Shown here: positions 10,108-18,946 of the stretch, one piece after another
How positions within the stretch are numbered: the first letter of the stretch is position 1
Layout of the letters: every line of letters begins with the position of its first letter
Origin: a virus
Strand: one strand, 5' to 3'
IMG/VR virus record: IMGVR_UViG_3300037346_000623
Coordinates: 32,001-96,000 of that record
Length of the DNA: 64,000 nucleotides
Translations under genes and position numbers: made by a program
The notes under the pieces: model-generated
The model's database searches: none
Told to the model about the DNA's origin: nothing
The model's input: only the letters and a program-made list of their open reading frames with translations

Positions 10108-10797
10108 TTAGTTTGCTGTTATTATTGTCAATTTTACAACCATGCTTGTAGGATTACTAAATATAAAACCTCCATTAGAGCTATTTGGTAAGTCGTTGTG
10201 ATTATAAGTACTAAAGGGATCTATATCCCAGCCCCTCCAATTATAACCATTCTTTATTGCTCCAGTGAGAATCATAAAATCACCCATTAGATTTCGCTGA
10301 GAAGCTAAATAATCCCATAATAGAACCCTATCGTCATCATTAGCTTCTGGTAGATATTCAGCCTTTGCAATCAGCATAGATATCTCACCATTGGTATCTG
10401 TAAATGAACCAGGGTCAAGATTGAATGATGTTGTTGGGTTTATTATTATTGTTTGTTTCTGATAATTAGAGAAACTTTGAAGTGGGTGAAAAAAATCAGC
10501 AACATCAAGAAAATCCAAAACTTGGGATTGGTACACAATATCAAAAGATTCCTTTATGAATTTTACACCAACAGGTTCGTTAAATCTTTGGAATGTTGCT
10601 TCTATTGATTTAAACTGTCCCCTTGTTAATGCGATATTTCTATAATCGGTCTTAAAAGATCCAGTTGCACCATTATCAGGTGATTGATTAGGTCCTATTT
10701 GGAAATTCGATCCGCCCCCGGATATCTCATCCCCACCAGGAAATGATGCGGTTCCACCGTCGTAGTTATTTATGCTTGGAGATTCTAAATCTTTCAC
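10108..10797 (-). CDS. Hypothetical virion protein, paralog of 9621..10106
   Basis: Shared motif blocks; tight gene packing. Confidence 0.6.
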   Translation of the reverse strand: MKDLESPSINNYDGGTASFPGGDEISGGGSNFQIGPNQSPDNGATGSFKTDYRNIALTRGQFKSIEATFQRFNEPVGVKFIKESFDIVYQSQVLDFLDVADFFHPLQSFSNYQKQTIIINPTTSFNLDPGSFTDTNGEISMLIAKAEYLPEANDDDRVLLWDYLASQRNLMGDFMILTGAIKNGYNWRGWDIDPFSTYNHNDLPNSSNGGFIFSNPTSMVVKLTIITAN

Positions 10798-10811
10798 TAT
10801 TCTTTATTATT

Positions 10812-11426
10812 TTATCTTATCTTAGTAGGATCTGTGTCTGTAGTTTCTCTATATACTAGATCCCTAAGATTCCTTGTATTCTCGTGTACATGGGAGTTTA
10901 CTTCATCATTTATAGCTTCAGTTTCAATAGAAATATCAGCTTCTAATTCGGTTGATTCTTCAATAGGTAATTCATCAGAACTATCGCCCTCCGGTTTTAT
11001 ATAATCAACCAGGGATTTTATAAATCCTAATGATACTAGAGGTAATATTGCTCCACTTATAATGGAAAGAATTCTTTTCTGGTATATTGGATCTTCATCA
11101 ACTAAACCAAATAATTCTATCCACTGTTCAAAATTATTCAGATGAGTATATGCATAAAACGTGTTACCCATTGCTTGAACTAATGTTAATGTTATAAAAA
11201 GACCCCATACTATTACTCTATTCATTTTTTCAAGAACTATTAACGAAGCAAGAGATGCACCTGCACCGATTTCAAATGCTAATGCTAATGATATAGCAAG
11301 CCATTCTGGATTTGACAATCTAAAGAAATCTATGACATGTATAGTTGATATTAAACTAGTAATAATGTATAGCAAAACAAAAGTTCCTATTATAAATCCT
11401 CTTATTAATTTATTTTTATCCCACAT
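10812..11426 (-). CDS. Multi-pass membrane protein
   Basis: About four hydrophobic helices and an acidic C-terminal tail. Confidence 0.6.
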   Translation of the reverse strand: MWDKNKLIRGFIIGTFVLLYIITSLISTIHVIDFFRLSNPEWLAISLALAFEIGAGASLASLIVLEKMNRVIVWGLFITLTLVQAMGNTFYAYTHLNNFEQWIELFGLVDEDPIYQKRILSIISGAILPLVSLGFIKSLVDYIKPEGDSSDELPIEESTELEADISIETEAINDEVNSHVHENTRNLRDLVYRETTDTDPTKIR

Positions 11427-11430
11427 ATTT

Positions 11431-11676
11431 TTATTTTTCCAATTTTAATATTTCATTATCTATCTCCTTCTGTCTATTGACATCAAGAATCTTTCTATCA
11501 GTGGATTGTATCATTCTTTTCTCGACTCTAAGACCCTCCAATTTAATCTCTTTCTTTATATCTTTTTTCATAGATACAATATCAGATCCGTTCCCACATG
11601 ATTTAAAATAGATAAGCAATAAAATAATTATCACTGCCTTATTTCCATGTTCATTTAAAAATTTATTCATCTTCAT
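11431..11676 (-). CDS. Small membrane-anchored/lipoprotein-like protein
   Basis: Hydrophobic KAVIIILLLIYFKS-C segment followed by a charged coiled coil. Confidence 0.5.
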   Translation of the reverse strand: MKMNKFLNEHGNKAVIIILLLIYFKSCGNGSDIVSMKKDIKKEIKLEGLRVEKRMIQSTDRKILDVNRQKEIDNEILKLEK

Positions 11677-11719
11677 ATATTTAAAAGTTTATTTCTTATA
11701 TATCCGAAAAAATAAACAC

Positions 11720-11750
11720 AAAAAAAAGCCGGACGAATCCAGCTTTTTTT
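11720..11750 (-). terminator. Intrinsic terminator
   Basis: AAAAAGCTGGA-TTCG-TCCGGCTTTTTTT. Confidence 0.7.
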
Positions 11751-11765
11751 GTGTTTATTTTATTT

Positions 11766-12296
11766 CTAGCCCAAAGATATACCCTGCATTGCCGCATTTA
11801 ATTGAGCCTCAATATCCTTGATTTCAGAAGCATCTTTCTTAGCATCAGATAAAGCCTGATCAAAAGCCTTATATAATGAAATAAATTCAGATGCACTAGC
11901 TAACCCAACGCCTCTAGATTTAGATATAAAATAATGGCTAGCCTCCAAAGGAAGAGCACCAAGATAAATAACATCATCCTTGATTCCATCCTTCTCTATC
12001 TTAACTATTTCCTTATTAATCTGAACAATACCTAAAGCCTCCGTGGAAGTCCATTCTGCTTTATTATTCACGAAATCCTTATATAAAGAGAAAATCTCTT
12101 TGGTACAGGAAACAGCATAAACCTTTGTTCTAATCTCAGATTTTTTATTTTCTAATTTTTCAGTTAATTCACTAATTAATGCATCGTCTAGTGTACTAAC
12201 AAAATCAGTATCATTAAAATCTACAGAGGATGATGCATCCGGACCTATGTTTACTGATCCAATTTTTTCAGATTCTTTTTTAATGTTTTTTGACAT
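11766..12296 (-). CDS. Hypothetical protein
   Basis: 176-aa ORF in the coding-strand series, followed by a terminator. Confidence 0.6.
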   Translation of the reverse strand: MSKNIKKESEKIGSVNIGPDASSSVDFNDTDFVSTLDDALISELTEKLENKKSEIRTKVYAVSCTKEIFSLYKDFVNNKAEWTSTEALGIVQINKEIVKIEKDGIKDDVIYLGALPLEASHYFISKSRGVGLASASEFISLYKAFDQALSDAKKDASEIKDIEAQLNAAMQGISLG

Positions 12297-12343
12297 AATA
12301 TTATTTATATTTTATATTTTTAGTTTATTTTTATTTTTTGTTT

Positions 12344-13156
12344 CTATGCTAGATCAAAAATATCAAGATTATTGCATCTATTTTGATCTAAATATGCCCT
12401 TAGTGCATCCCTCATATCTTTTGCAGGGTATATTTTTGGTTCACTATCAGGTCCTATGTGACATAGAAATCCACTCTCAGTCTCTATACCAAGTTCATCC
12501 TCCAATATTAATCTATATAGAGATATCTGTATCGAGTATTCGTTATGATGATTTTCATAAAATGAATTAAACGGTCTAAGCAGCTTCTTATATCTCCCCT
12601 TAGGATGATTATCATCTTTAAATTCACCATTTGTCTTCCAATCACCAAGTATAAAAAGAACCTTATTTCTTTTAGAGTCCCAAAAGAGGAAAGGCTGATC
12701 TATTGTACCTGCCAATCTCCATTTTTTAGAAAAAATTCTAAGCTCGGATTTTAATGGTACAAGAGAATGAAATTTTCTATTATATAAATCCACGAATTTA
12801 TCAACTCTTGATCTGTATTCAGTTCCTTCTTCTGGTAATTCTGGATTCGATCCGCTCCAAAAATCTTCTATAAATTTATGAACCCTAGTTCCAAGATCAT
12901 TAGCAACATCCCCTTTATTCTTCCATTCATTCAATATGACCGATTGATCAACACCTTGATCTCTAGCTTTTCTTTTCGACCAATACTCTTTATCAAAGGG
13001 TGTCTTGAAATTCTTAAGGTATGTTGTAACTGAATCAAATTTTACACCTCTATACCTATATACATGGGTGGGTTCATCAAATTCAAAATTATTATCATCA
13101 AAAAATCTTAATTTTGAATTTATTTCATTTCTTGCTCTTTCTATGGATTCTACCAT
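12344..13156 (-). CDS. PD-(D/E)XK exonuclease (Cas4/lambda-exo-like phage nuclease)
   Basis: FDEPTHVY, SVTT, GTRVHKFIE, LAGTIDQ, GDWKT, YSIQISLY. Confidence 0.8.
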   Translation of the reverse strand: MVESIERARNEINSKLRFFDDNNFEFDEPTHVYRYRGVKFDSVTTYLKNFKTPFDKEYWSKRKARDQGVDQSVILNEWKNKGDVANDLGTRVHKFIEDFWSGSNPELPEEGTEYRSRVDKFVDLYNRKFHSLVPLKSELRIFSKKWRLAGTIDQPFLFWDSKRNKVLFILGDWKTNGEFKDDNHPKGRYKKLLRPFNSFYENHHNEYSIQISLYRLILEDELGIETESGFLCHIGPDSEPKIYPAKDMRDALRAYLDQNRCNNLDIFDLA

Positions 13157-13596
13157 ACAAAAGGAAATATATTAGATATCCATTCCCATTTATAGATTAT
13201 AAATGATATCAGTGAGATCTCAAAAATAAATCTAAATATCCAAAGCCAGCTAATTTCTCTAAATACAAACTGATAAACAACAAGATAAGATTCTTCATTA
13301 GTACCTTTAACTGGCTCTATCCAAACAGTCAGCAATTCCTCAAGATTTAATGATTTTAGATAATCATTTATCGGTTTTATCTCATTCAGAACAAAGGATG
13401 GCCTCGCTTCTTTCGGAAGATCATTCGACATCAAAACCTCTGGTGGTAAATTTATAACAGTGTACATTCTATTAAGATAATCTCTTCTTAGATTCTTTCT
13501 ACTCCATAGAGGAGAATTAAGCTCCTCTGATCTTATCTCTTTGGTATATTCTCTATAGAGAGATATCTCCTTCAGTACTCTCAGCAATTTAAACAT
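13150..13596 (-). CDS. Hypothetical protein with C-terminal transmembrane helix
   Basis: 148-aa ORF with a hydrophobic C-terminus. Confidence 0.55.
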   Translation of the reverse strand: MFKLLRVLKEISLYREYTKEIRSEELNSPLWSRKNLRRDYLNRMYTVINLPPEVLMSNDLPKEARPSFVLNEIKPINDYLKSLNLEELLTVWIEPVKGTNEESYLVVYQFVFREISWLWIFRFIFEISLISFIIYKWEWISNIFPFVW

Positions 13597-13644
13597 AATA
13601 TTTTATTATTTTATACAGAAAAAAAAATCAAAGTTTCCCTAAAT

Positions 13645-14295
13645 CTATTTCTTGCATTTCTCCCTACCTCTACCAGTAATAACTTCAACCGCTTCAGCAC
13701 CAATATTTTTTGTTATTTTACTTCTTGCTCTTCTTATTCTTGTAGCAACTGATCTTTTCTTAAGACCATATTTCTCAGCAATATCCTTATACTTCATATT
13801 ATTGATTTCCCTATCAATCATTATATTCTTATATAAGTCGGGAAGTCCCTCAATTTCACCGATAACAGATTCATAGATTTCCTCAAACCTACTTGTTTCA
13901 TTAAAGAATGAATTAGACTGGTCCTCCTCCATACTATAAATACCACCAATATCACCAATCTCATTATTTGATGAAAAGAATTCCATTTCTAAGCTTGTTC
14001 TTGCGTTATATTTTTTTTCCTCCTTCATTAATAACAGGGTTTCATTCCTTGCTATATTATAACACCACGTAGAAAAATTACCTCTTTCCTCATTATATTG
14101 TTCTATTTTCTGCCATATCTTTGACATAGTATTAAGAAAGGCATCCTCAGCTAATGATGGATCTTTAACTATCAAGAAACAATGATTCAATATTCCAGGC
14201 TTTAATCTTTCGAACAAGTCTTTGAATGACTTATCAGTTCTACATCTTATAAATTCTGATGCCAATTTTTGTATATTTTTTTCCTTTCCTTGCAT
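13645..14295 (-). CDS. ECF-type sigma-70 factor
   Basis: Region 2 AEDAFLNTMSKIW...NFSTWCYNIARN; region 4 MKYKDIAEKYGLKKRSVATRIRRAR. Confidence 0.85.
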   Translation of the reverse strand: MQGKEKNIQKLASEFIRCRTDKSFKDLFERLKPGILNHCFLIVKDPSLAEDAFLNTMSKIWQKIEQYNEERGNFSTWCYNIARNETLLLMKEEKKYNARTSLEMEFFSSNNEIGDIGGIYSMEEDQSNSFFNETSRFEEIYESVIGEIEGLPDLYKNIMIDREINNMKYKDIAEKYGLKKRSVATRIRRARSKITKNIGAEAVEVITGRGREKCKK

Positions 14296-14299
14296 ATTA

Positions 14300-14857
14300 T
14301 TATTTTTTTCTTAAGATTTCTATCCCTGCCTCTGCAAGAAAAGCTATTGATTCAGGTTTTCTATAAATTTCTGAAAATACCACCCTTTTAATACCTGATT
14401 GTATTATTAATTTGGAGCATTCGTAACACGGGGATAAGGTTACATATAATGTTGATCCATCTGAGCTTTGTGTTCCCCTCGCCAATTTTGTTATTGCATT
14501 AGCCTCAGCATGCAGAACATATGGTAATGTAACATCATCCTCTTCACACACATTAGTGAACCCGCTGGGAGATCCGTTATATCCATCAGATATTATTGAC
14601 TTATCCTTAACTATAAGGGAACCAACCTGCATTCTTTTACACCTGGAATTCTTCGACCATACTTTGGCCATTTCCATGTATATTGAATCTTTCTGGTGCT
14701 CTCTGGATTCTGTTACAATCATAAAATCAGGATCATCAGAATAAAACACATCATAGGAATCATATTCACCAGATTTCGTTTTTTTAATTTTCCATGTTGG
14801 TTTTTTTAGGAAGTCCTCGTTTATAAATGAGGTATCCCTGTGAATTTCGAATTTCAT
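14300..14857 (-). CDS. dCMP deaminase
   Basis: S.C.R.QVG, GYNG.P, HAEANAI and PCYECSKLI zinc motifs. Confidence 0.92.
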   Translation of the reverse strand: MKFEIHRDTSFINEDFLKKPTWKIKKTKSGEYDSYDVFYSDDPDFMIVTESREHQKDSIYMEMAKVWSKNSRCKRMQVGSLIVKDKSIISDGYNGSPSGFTNVCEEDDVTLPYVLHAEANAITKLARGTQSSDGSTLYVTLSPCYECSKLIIQSGIKRVVFSEIYRKPESIAFLAEAGIEILRKK

Positions 14858-14929
14858 ATGGACATTTTTTTGTTACCTACAAATATAAATAAAAAATACG
14901 GGATAAAAAAATAATTTTAGAATTATTTT

Positions 14930-16372
14930 TTAAACCCTTCTTGAGTCTGGTCTTAATGGTGAATCCATTGATGATACTCTTAAAGGTCCCTCCAGTAAAG
15001 AACCAATTCTACCTAGTGCTGATAATATATCATCTATATCTTTCTTGGTGATTTCTGCACCTGTACCGGAAGCTGATTCGGTATTTGTTGAAGTTGTTTC
15101 TGCGCTTGGCGTATCACTAGAAATTGGATTTGCCGATACACCTTGAGAAATTGTGCTCGGTGATTCTTTAGTTTCTGAGTTAGTCGCAGATTTTTGTATT
15201 GATTCGGTCTTAGGCTTAATTGAAGGTAAATTTGAAAGCTTTGGTAAATTCTTCTTTACGTCACCAAGCAATCCTTGTTTATCCGGTAAATTCTTTGATC
15301 CACCATCTAATAATTCAGGAGCACCAGATCCGATTTTACTTGCTACACTCTTAACATTTTCCTTAGAAAATGTTCTAGAAAAAAGTCCTGGTTTTTTTTC
15401 TGCAAGCTCTGGATTCTGTTTTTGTTCTGCAAGCTCCTGATTCCGTTTTTGTTCTATTGCTGTGGATTTTTTCTGTACCTCCACTTGTGCTGTTTTAGTT
15501 GATACTGTACTACCTGGTATTTCTGGTTTAGCCGTCGGTTTACCTAGCTTTGCTATATCCTCTTTGGTGAATGTTTCCTGATTATTCTTATTCTTATTCT
15601 TATAATTCTGTATATAATATTCAATCTCGTCAGCAAGTTCTGAAGGATCCGAATAAAAAACGGGATCATCCGTTAAAAGCTCGCTTTTCTTTGCAGCAAT
15701 TTGTTCTTTCGTTGGATACCTACCGCTGTTCATTTCCTTTATTCTATTCTTAACCGCCGGTTGTTTACCAGATAATATAGCCTCCGTCTTATCGTTGGGT
15801 ATTACTGTTGTATTTTTTGGGAGCTGTGCAATTTCCGGACCTTTTTCACCGACAAGATAACTACCAGGTGTCTTAACCACACCACCACTCTCAAATGCAC
15901 CGAGAAGTCCCTTACTTATATTTCCTATGGATCCAGATATCAAATCCTTAACTCCCGCACCGGAGGTAAGATTTTTTGTTATTCCTCCAATATCCAAATT
16001 TTTAATATCGGCTATACCTTTAAATGAATCACTTAGGCTCTTAAAATCTAATCCTTTTAATCCTTTTTCTAGACCTTTAAAATCTAGACTTTTAAGACCA
16101 TTCTCAAGGCCTTTAAAGTCTAGTTTATCTATACCTTTCAATCCATCTTTAAGTCCTTTAAATTCATCCTTAAGGCCCTTAAAATCCATAGATTTGAATC
16201 CATCAACAATCTTTGATACGTCCTTGGCTTCGGATTGGGGTTTAACTTCAAAAGAATCGGCTTTAACAAGATCCTTATTTACCGTAGTATTCTTTTTTAC
16301 TTCGCCGGAAAGCTTCTCTATGTTTCTACCAAGGTCTAATAATTGGGAAATAAGTTTTTGATCAGTAGCCAT
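14930..16372 (-). CDS. Tape-measure-like / tail-associated protein
   Basis: FESGG.V..PG.YLVGEKGPE motif typical of tape-measure C-terminal regions; repeated DFKGL units; lies after the tail tube and chaperone genes. Confidence 0.5.
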   Translation of the reverse strand: MATDQKLISQLLDLGRNIEKLSGEVKKNTTVNKDLVKADSFEVKPQSEAKDVSKIVDGFKSMDFKGLKDEFKGLKDGLKGIDKLDFKGLENGLKSLDFKGLEKGLKGLDFKSLSDSFKGIADIKNLDIGGITKNLTSGAGVKDLISGSIGNISKGLLGAFESGGVVKTPGSYLVGEKGPEIAQLPKNTTVIPNDKTEAILSGKQPAVKNRIKEMNSGRYPTKEQIAAKKSELLTDDPVFYSDPSELADEIEYYIQNYKNKNKNNQETFTKEDIAKLGKPTAKPEIPGSTVSTKTAQVEVQKKSTAIEQKRNQELAEQKQNPELAEKKPGLFSRTFSKENVKSVASKIGSGAPELLDGGSKNLPDKQGLLGDVKKNLPKLSNLPSIKPKTESIQKSATNSETKESPSTISQGVSANPISSDTPSAETTSTNTESASGTGAEITKKDIDDILSALGRIGSLLEGPLRVSSMDSPLRPDSRRV

Positions 16373-16402
16373 ATTTTTATTTTATTCTATATATTTTAAA
16401 AA

Positions 16403-16591
16403 TTACTTAGAAAAGTTAAATAACTGTTTAAGCCCTTCACTCTCCTGATTTTCAAGATTTTCCGTCTCTATTTTTTTATTTAGATTTGCTAGGAATATCT
16501 GGTATTCGTAATATGGAACATTCTCTATCCAATTCATATCAAGATCATGCTCATAAAACAATCTAAATTTAATATCCAAGTAATTCTCCAA
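16403..16591 (-). CDS. T4 gp51-like / tail chaperone second ORF (TTG start at 16591 or reached by frameshift)
   Basis: SLENY..F.L...H.....IEN.P.YE..I pattern resembles gp51-family proteins; overlaps the end of the upstream ORF. Confidence 0.55.
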   Translation of the reverse strand: MENYLDIKFRLFYEHDLDMNWIENVPYYEYQIFLANLNKKIETENLENQESEGLKQLFNFSK

Positions 16592-17681
16592 AGATATCTG
16601 AAATAACGAAAAGAGATCTGATCCCTGAGGGAAAGGCAATATCCGCAGTGACCTCCTTACCACAAACCGGACAAACCTGCTTTACGTCAATTTCTGTACC
16701 AATCTTTATCTTTTCAGAGAGTCCGAAGTATAAGCTATATTCTTCTTTCGTCCAATAGTCTGCTTCCCTCATTCTCATTAGTATCTTCTCATTTGTTAGT
16801 CCTCTCCATTCCTTAAGTATAAAGGGAGCTATTTTAAGGAATCCACCATCTATATCGATATTTCTAGAAGAACAATAAATAACAAAATCGCTGATAGCTC
16901 GATTTATCCCTATCGTAGGAACAGTCATTTCTATTGTCTTTCCTATTTTTTTAACATCAAAGGTAAAACTTCTTGTTGAGGCATTATAATATTTAAGGAT
17001 CTTTTGATCAAGCTCATATGATCTTAATGCTCCTGCTCTTAATTCCATTCCTCTAGAAAAGGGGCATTCAGTCTTGTCCTCACATTTAATTTTAGGCATA
17101 AGAATTATTGAATTCTCCCCACTTATGAAGGTTAAATCCCTTATAGCCATGATAGCAAAGAATCTATCCTCTTGTATTAGATCCTTAAAAGATACAACAC
17201 CTTCGCCAGGGAAATCCATTCTAAGACATCTGTCTATAACATAGCCAAGTTTTTCCTCTATATCCAATCTATCGTCCTCATCGATAGCAGAGAAGTGTCT
17301 TATCTCCTTAACATCAGCTGCCCTTATAGCTATTTTTGAACCGGTAGGATAGAACATACCCTTAGATGGTAATATTTCAGCCGGAAGATTTTTCCAGCCA
17401 GTATCAAAGGAAGGAGAATTAACATAAGATTCTGCTTTACCTAATGAAGTAATAGGTTCTTCCCTAATTTTTCCGTCATTTATATTACCAAGATTCATAA
17501 CTGGCTCTGATCTTTCTAGTACTTTCTGTTCCTGTACATCAATAACTTCCGGTTCTTTTTTTAAAATAGGATCATTGGATATCGGTATAGATTCAGCGTC
17601 AATTGGATCATCGTATATAATTCCGCTTTTCTCCTCTCTCATCCTTAATATCTCTTCCGGGGATATATCTAAATTATTCAT
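16569..17681 (-). CDS. Baseplate hub / tail assembly chaperone (T4 gp26-like)
   Basis: LPSKGMFYP, L...DRFF..MAIR, CPVCG near the C-terminus; located between the tubes and the tape-measure-like gene. Confidence 0.6.
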   Translation of the reverse strand: MNNLDISPEEILRMREEKSGIIYDDPIDAESIPISNDPILKKEPEVIDVQEQKVLERSEPVMNLGNINDGKIREEPITSLGKAESYVNSPSFDTGWKNLPAEILPSKGMFYPTGSKIAIRAADVKEIRHFSAIDEDDRLDIEEKLGYVIDRCLRMDFPGEGVVSFKDLIQEDRFFAIMAIRDLTFISGENSIILMPKIKCEDKTECPFSRGMELRAGALRSYELDQKILKYYNASTRSFTFDVKKIGKTIEMTVPTIGINRAISDFVIYCSSRNIDIDGGFLKIAPFILKEWRGLTNEKILMRMREADYWTKEEYSLYFGLSEKIKIGTEIDVKQVCPVCGKEVTADIAFPSGIRSLFVISDIFGELLGY

Positions 17682-17762
17682 ATATAATTAATTTTATTCT
17701 ATATAACACAACACAAAAAAAAAGGTCAAAATCTGACCTTTATTTTTTTAAGTTTTTTATTG

Positions 17763-18338
17763 TTACGCGAATAAATCTTCCCAGTAATCGCAAACCCATG
17801 ATGTTCTTATCGTATAGATAGCAGGAGTTTCATAATCAAGATCCATGGCATTTATAGGTTCACTTATAAAACATGAAGGTATTCTTATTCTTCTAAATAC
17901 GTCACCCTGTTTATTAAATATAGAAATAAGTATAGAACCAACATAATCGTTTTTAAGACCCATTGCCCCAGTTAACGGATTATAAATTAAATCAGACCAT
18001 TGTCTAAGTATTTTATATAGCTCCATTGAATTCGAATTATTAAGGTTAACCTCAAATTCCATAGAAAGATTCATGTCACTTGTTTGTGGTTCACCCCCAG
18101 CATATCTTCTGGTAGCAAATTTATAATTTTGATTAACTGTCTGAGCAGGTGCTATATCAACAGACAATCCTGTTATTGATTTAACTTGTTGGGTTAATAT
18201 GCTTTCTCCATGAAAAGTAGTACCAGCAGAAACAATAGCAGACGGTGGGGTTATCAGTACTTCAAACTGATTAAGAAACACAGGTTCGTAATTATTTATA
18301 CCTGCAAGCGAATTTGTAAAATGTGGTAATCCAGCCAT
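17763..18338 (-). CDS. Tail tube protein (gp19-like), paralog 2
   Basis: EPV.LNQFEV, R.YAG, LRQWSDLIYNP.TG, DYWED; follows the sheath gene. Confidence 0.8.
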   Translation of the reverse strand: MAGLPHFTNSLAGINNYEPVFLNQFEVLITPPSAIVSAGTTFHGESILTQQVKSITGLSVDIAPAQTVNQNYKFATRRYAGGEPQTSDMNLSMEFEVNLNNSNSMELYKILRQWSDLIYNPLTGAMGLKNDYVGSILISIFNKQGDVFRRIRIPSCFISEPINAMDLDYETPAIYTIRTSWVCDYWEDLFA

Positions 18339-18352
18339 TTATCTTTTTTATT

Positions 18353-18907
18353 TTATAGGAATAAATCATCCCAATAATCAACAGCAAATACCATATCATC
18401 TATTTTGTATAGATCAGTACTGGTATAGTTTAGATTCATCGGTGATATAGGTTTAGTTGGGAACGTATCCTTACACGTTATTCTTCTATAAACATCACCA
18501 GCTTTATTAAAAACAGAAATGATTATAGTCCCAGTATAGTCATTTTTAAGACCCATAGCTCCAGTTAATGGGTTATAGATCAAATCCGACCATTGTCTTA
18601 ATGTTTTAAAAACATACATTGAATTTGCATCATTAAGATTGACACTAAAAGTTATACTAAGATCCATAAATGTATTCTCAGGTTTGGACCCTGCATAATT
18701 TCTTTTAGCAAATTTATATTTCTGCTGAACCGTACCTGGATTTTTATCCAAAGAAAGTCCGTTAATCTTACTTACGTGCTGTAATAGTATATTTCCTCCA
18801 GCTATAGCAGCAGGAGGTATTATTGTTACCTCGAATTGGTTTAAATAAACAGGTTCATACTTGTTTATCCCTGATAATGAATTTTGATAATGTGATAGTC
18901 CTGCCAT
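18353..18907 (-). CDS. Tail tube protein (gp19-like), paralog 1
   Basis: Same motifs, including an identical LRQWSDLIYNPLTGAMGLKNDY block. Confidence 0.8.
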   Translation of the reverse strand: MAGLSHYQNSLSGINKYEPVYLNQFEVTIIPPAAIAGGNILLQHVSKINGLSLDKNPGTVQQKYKFAKRNYAGSKPENTFMDLSITFSVNLNDANSMYVFKTLRQWSDLIYNPLTGAMGLKNDYTGTIIISVFNKAGDVYRRITCKDTFPTKPISPMNLNYTSTDLYKIDDMVFAVDYWDDLFL

Positions 18908-18946
18908 AATTACTTATATTTATCTTTGTTAGCTAAAAGATTCAAA

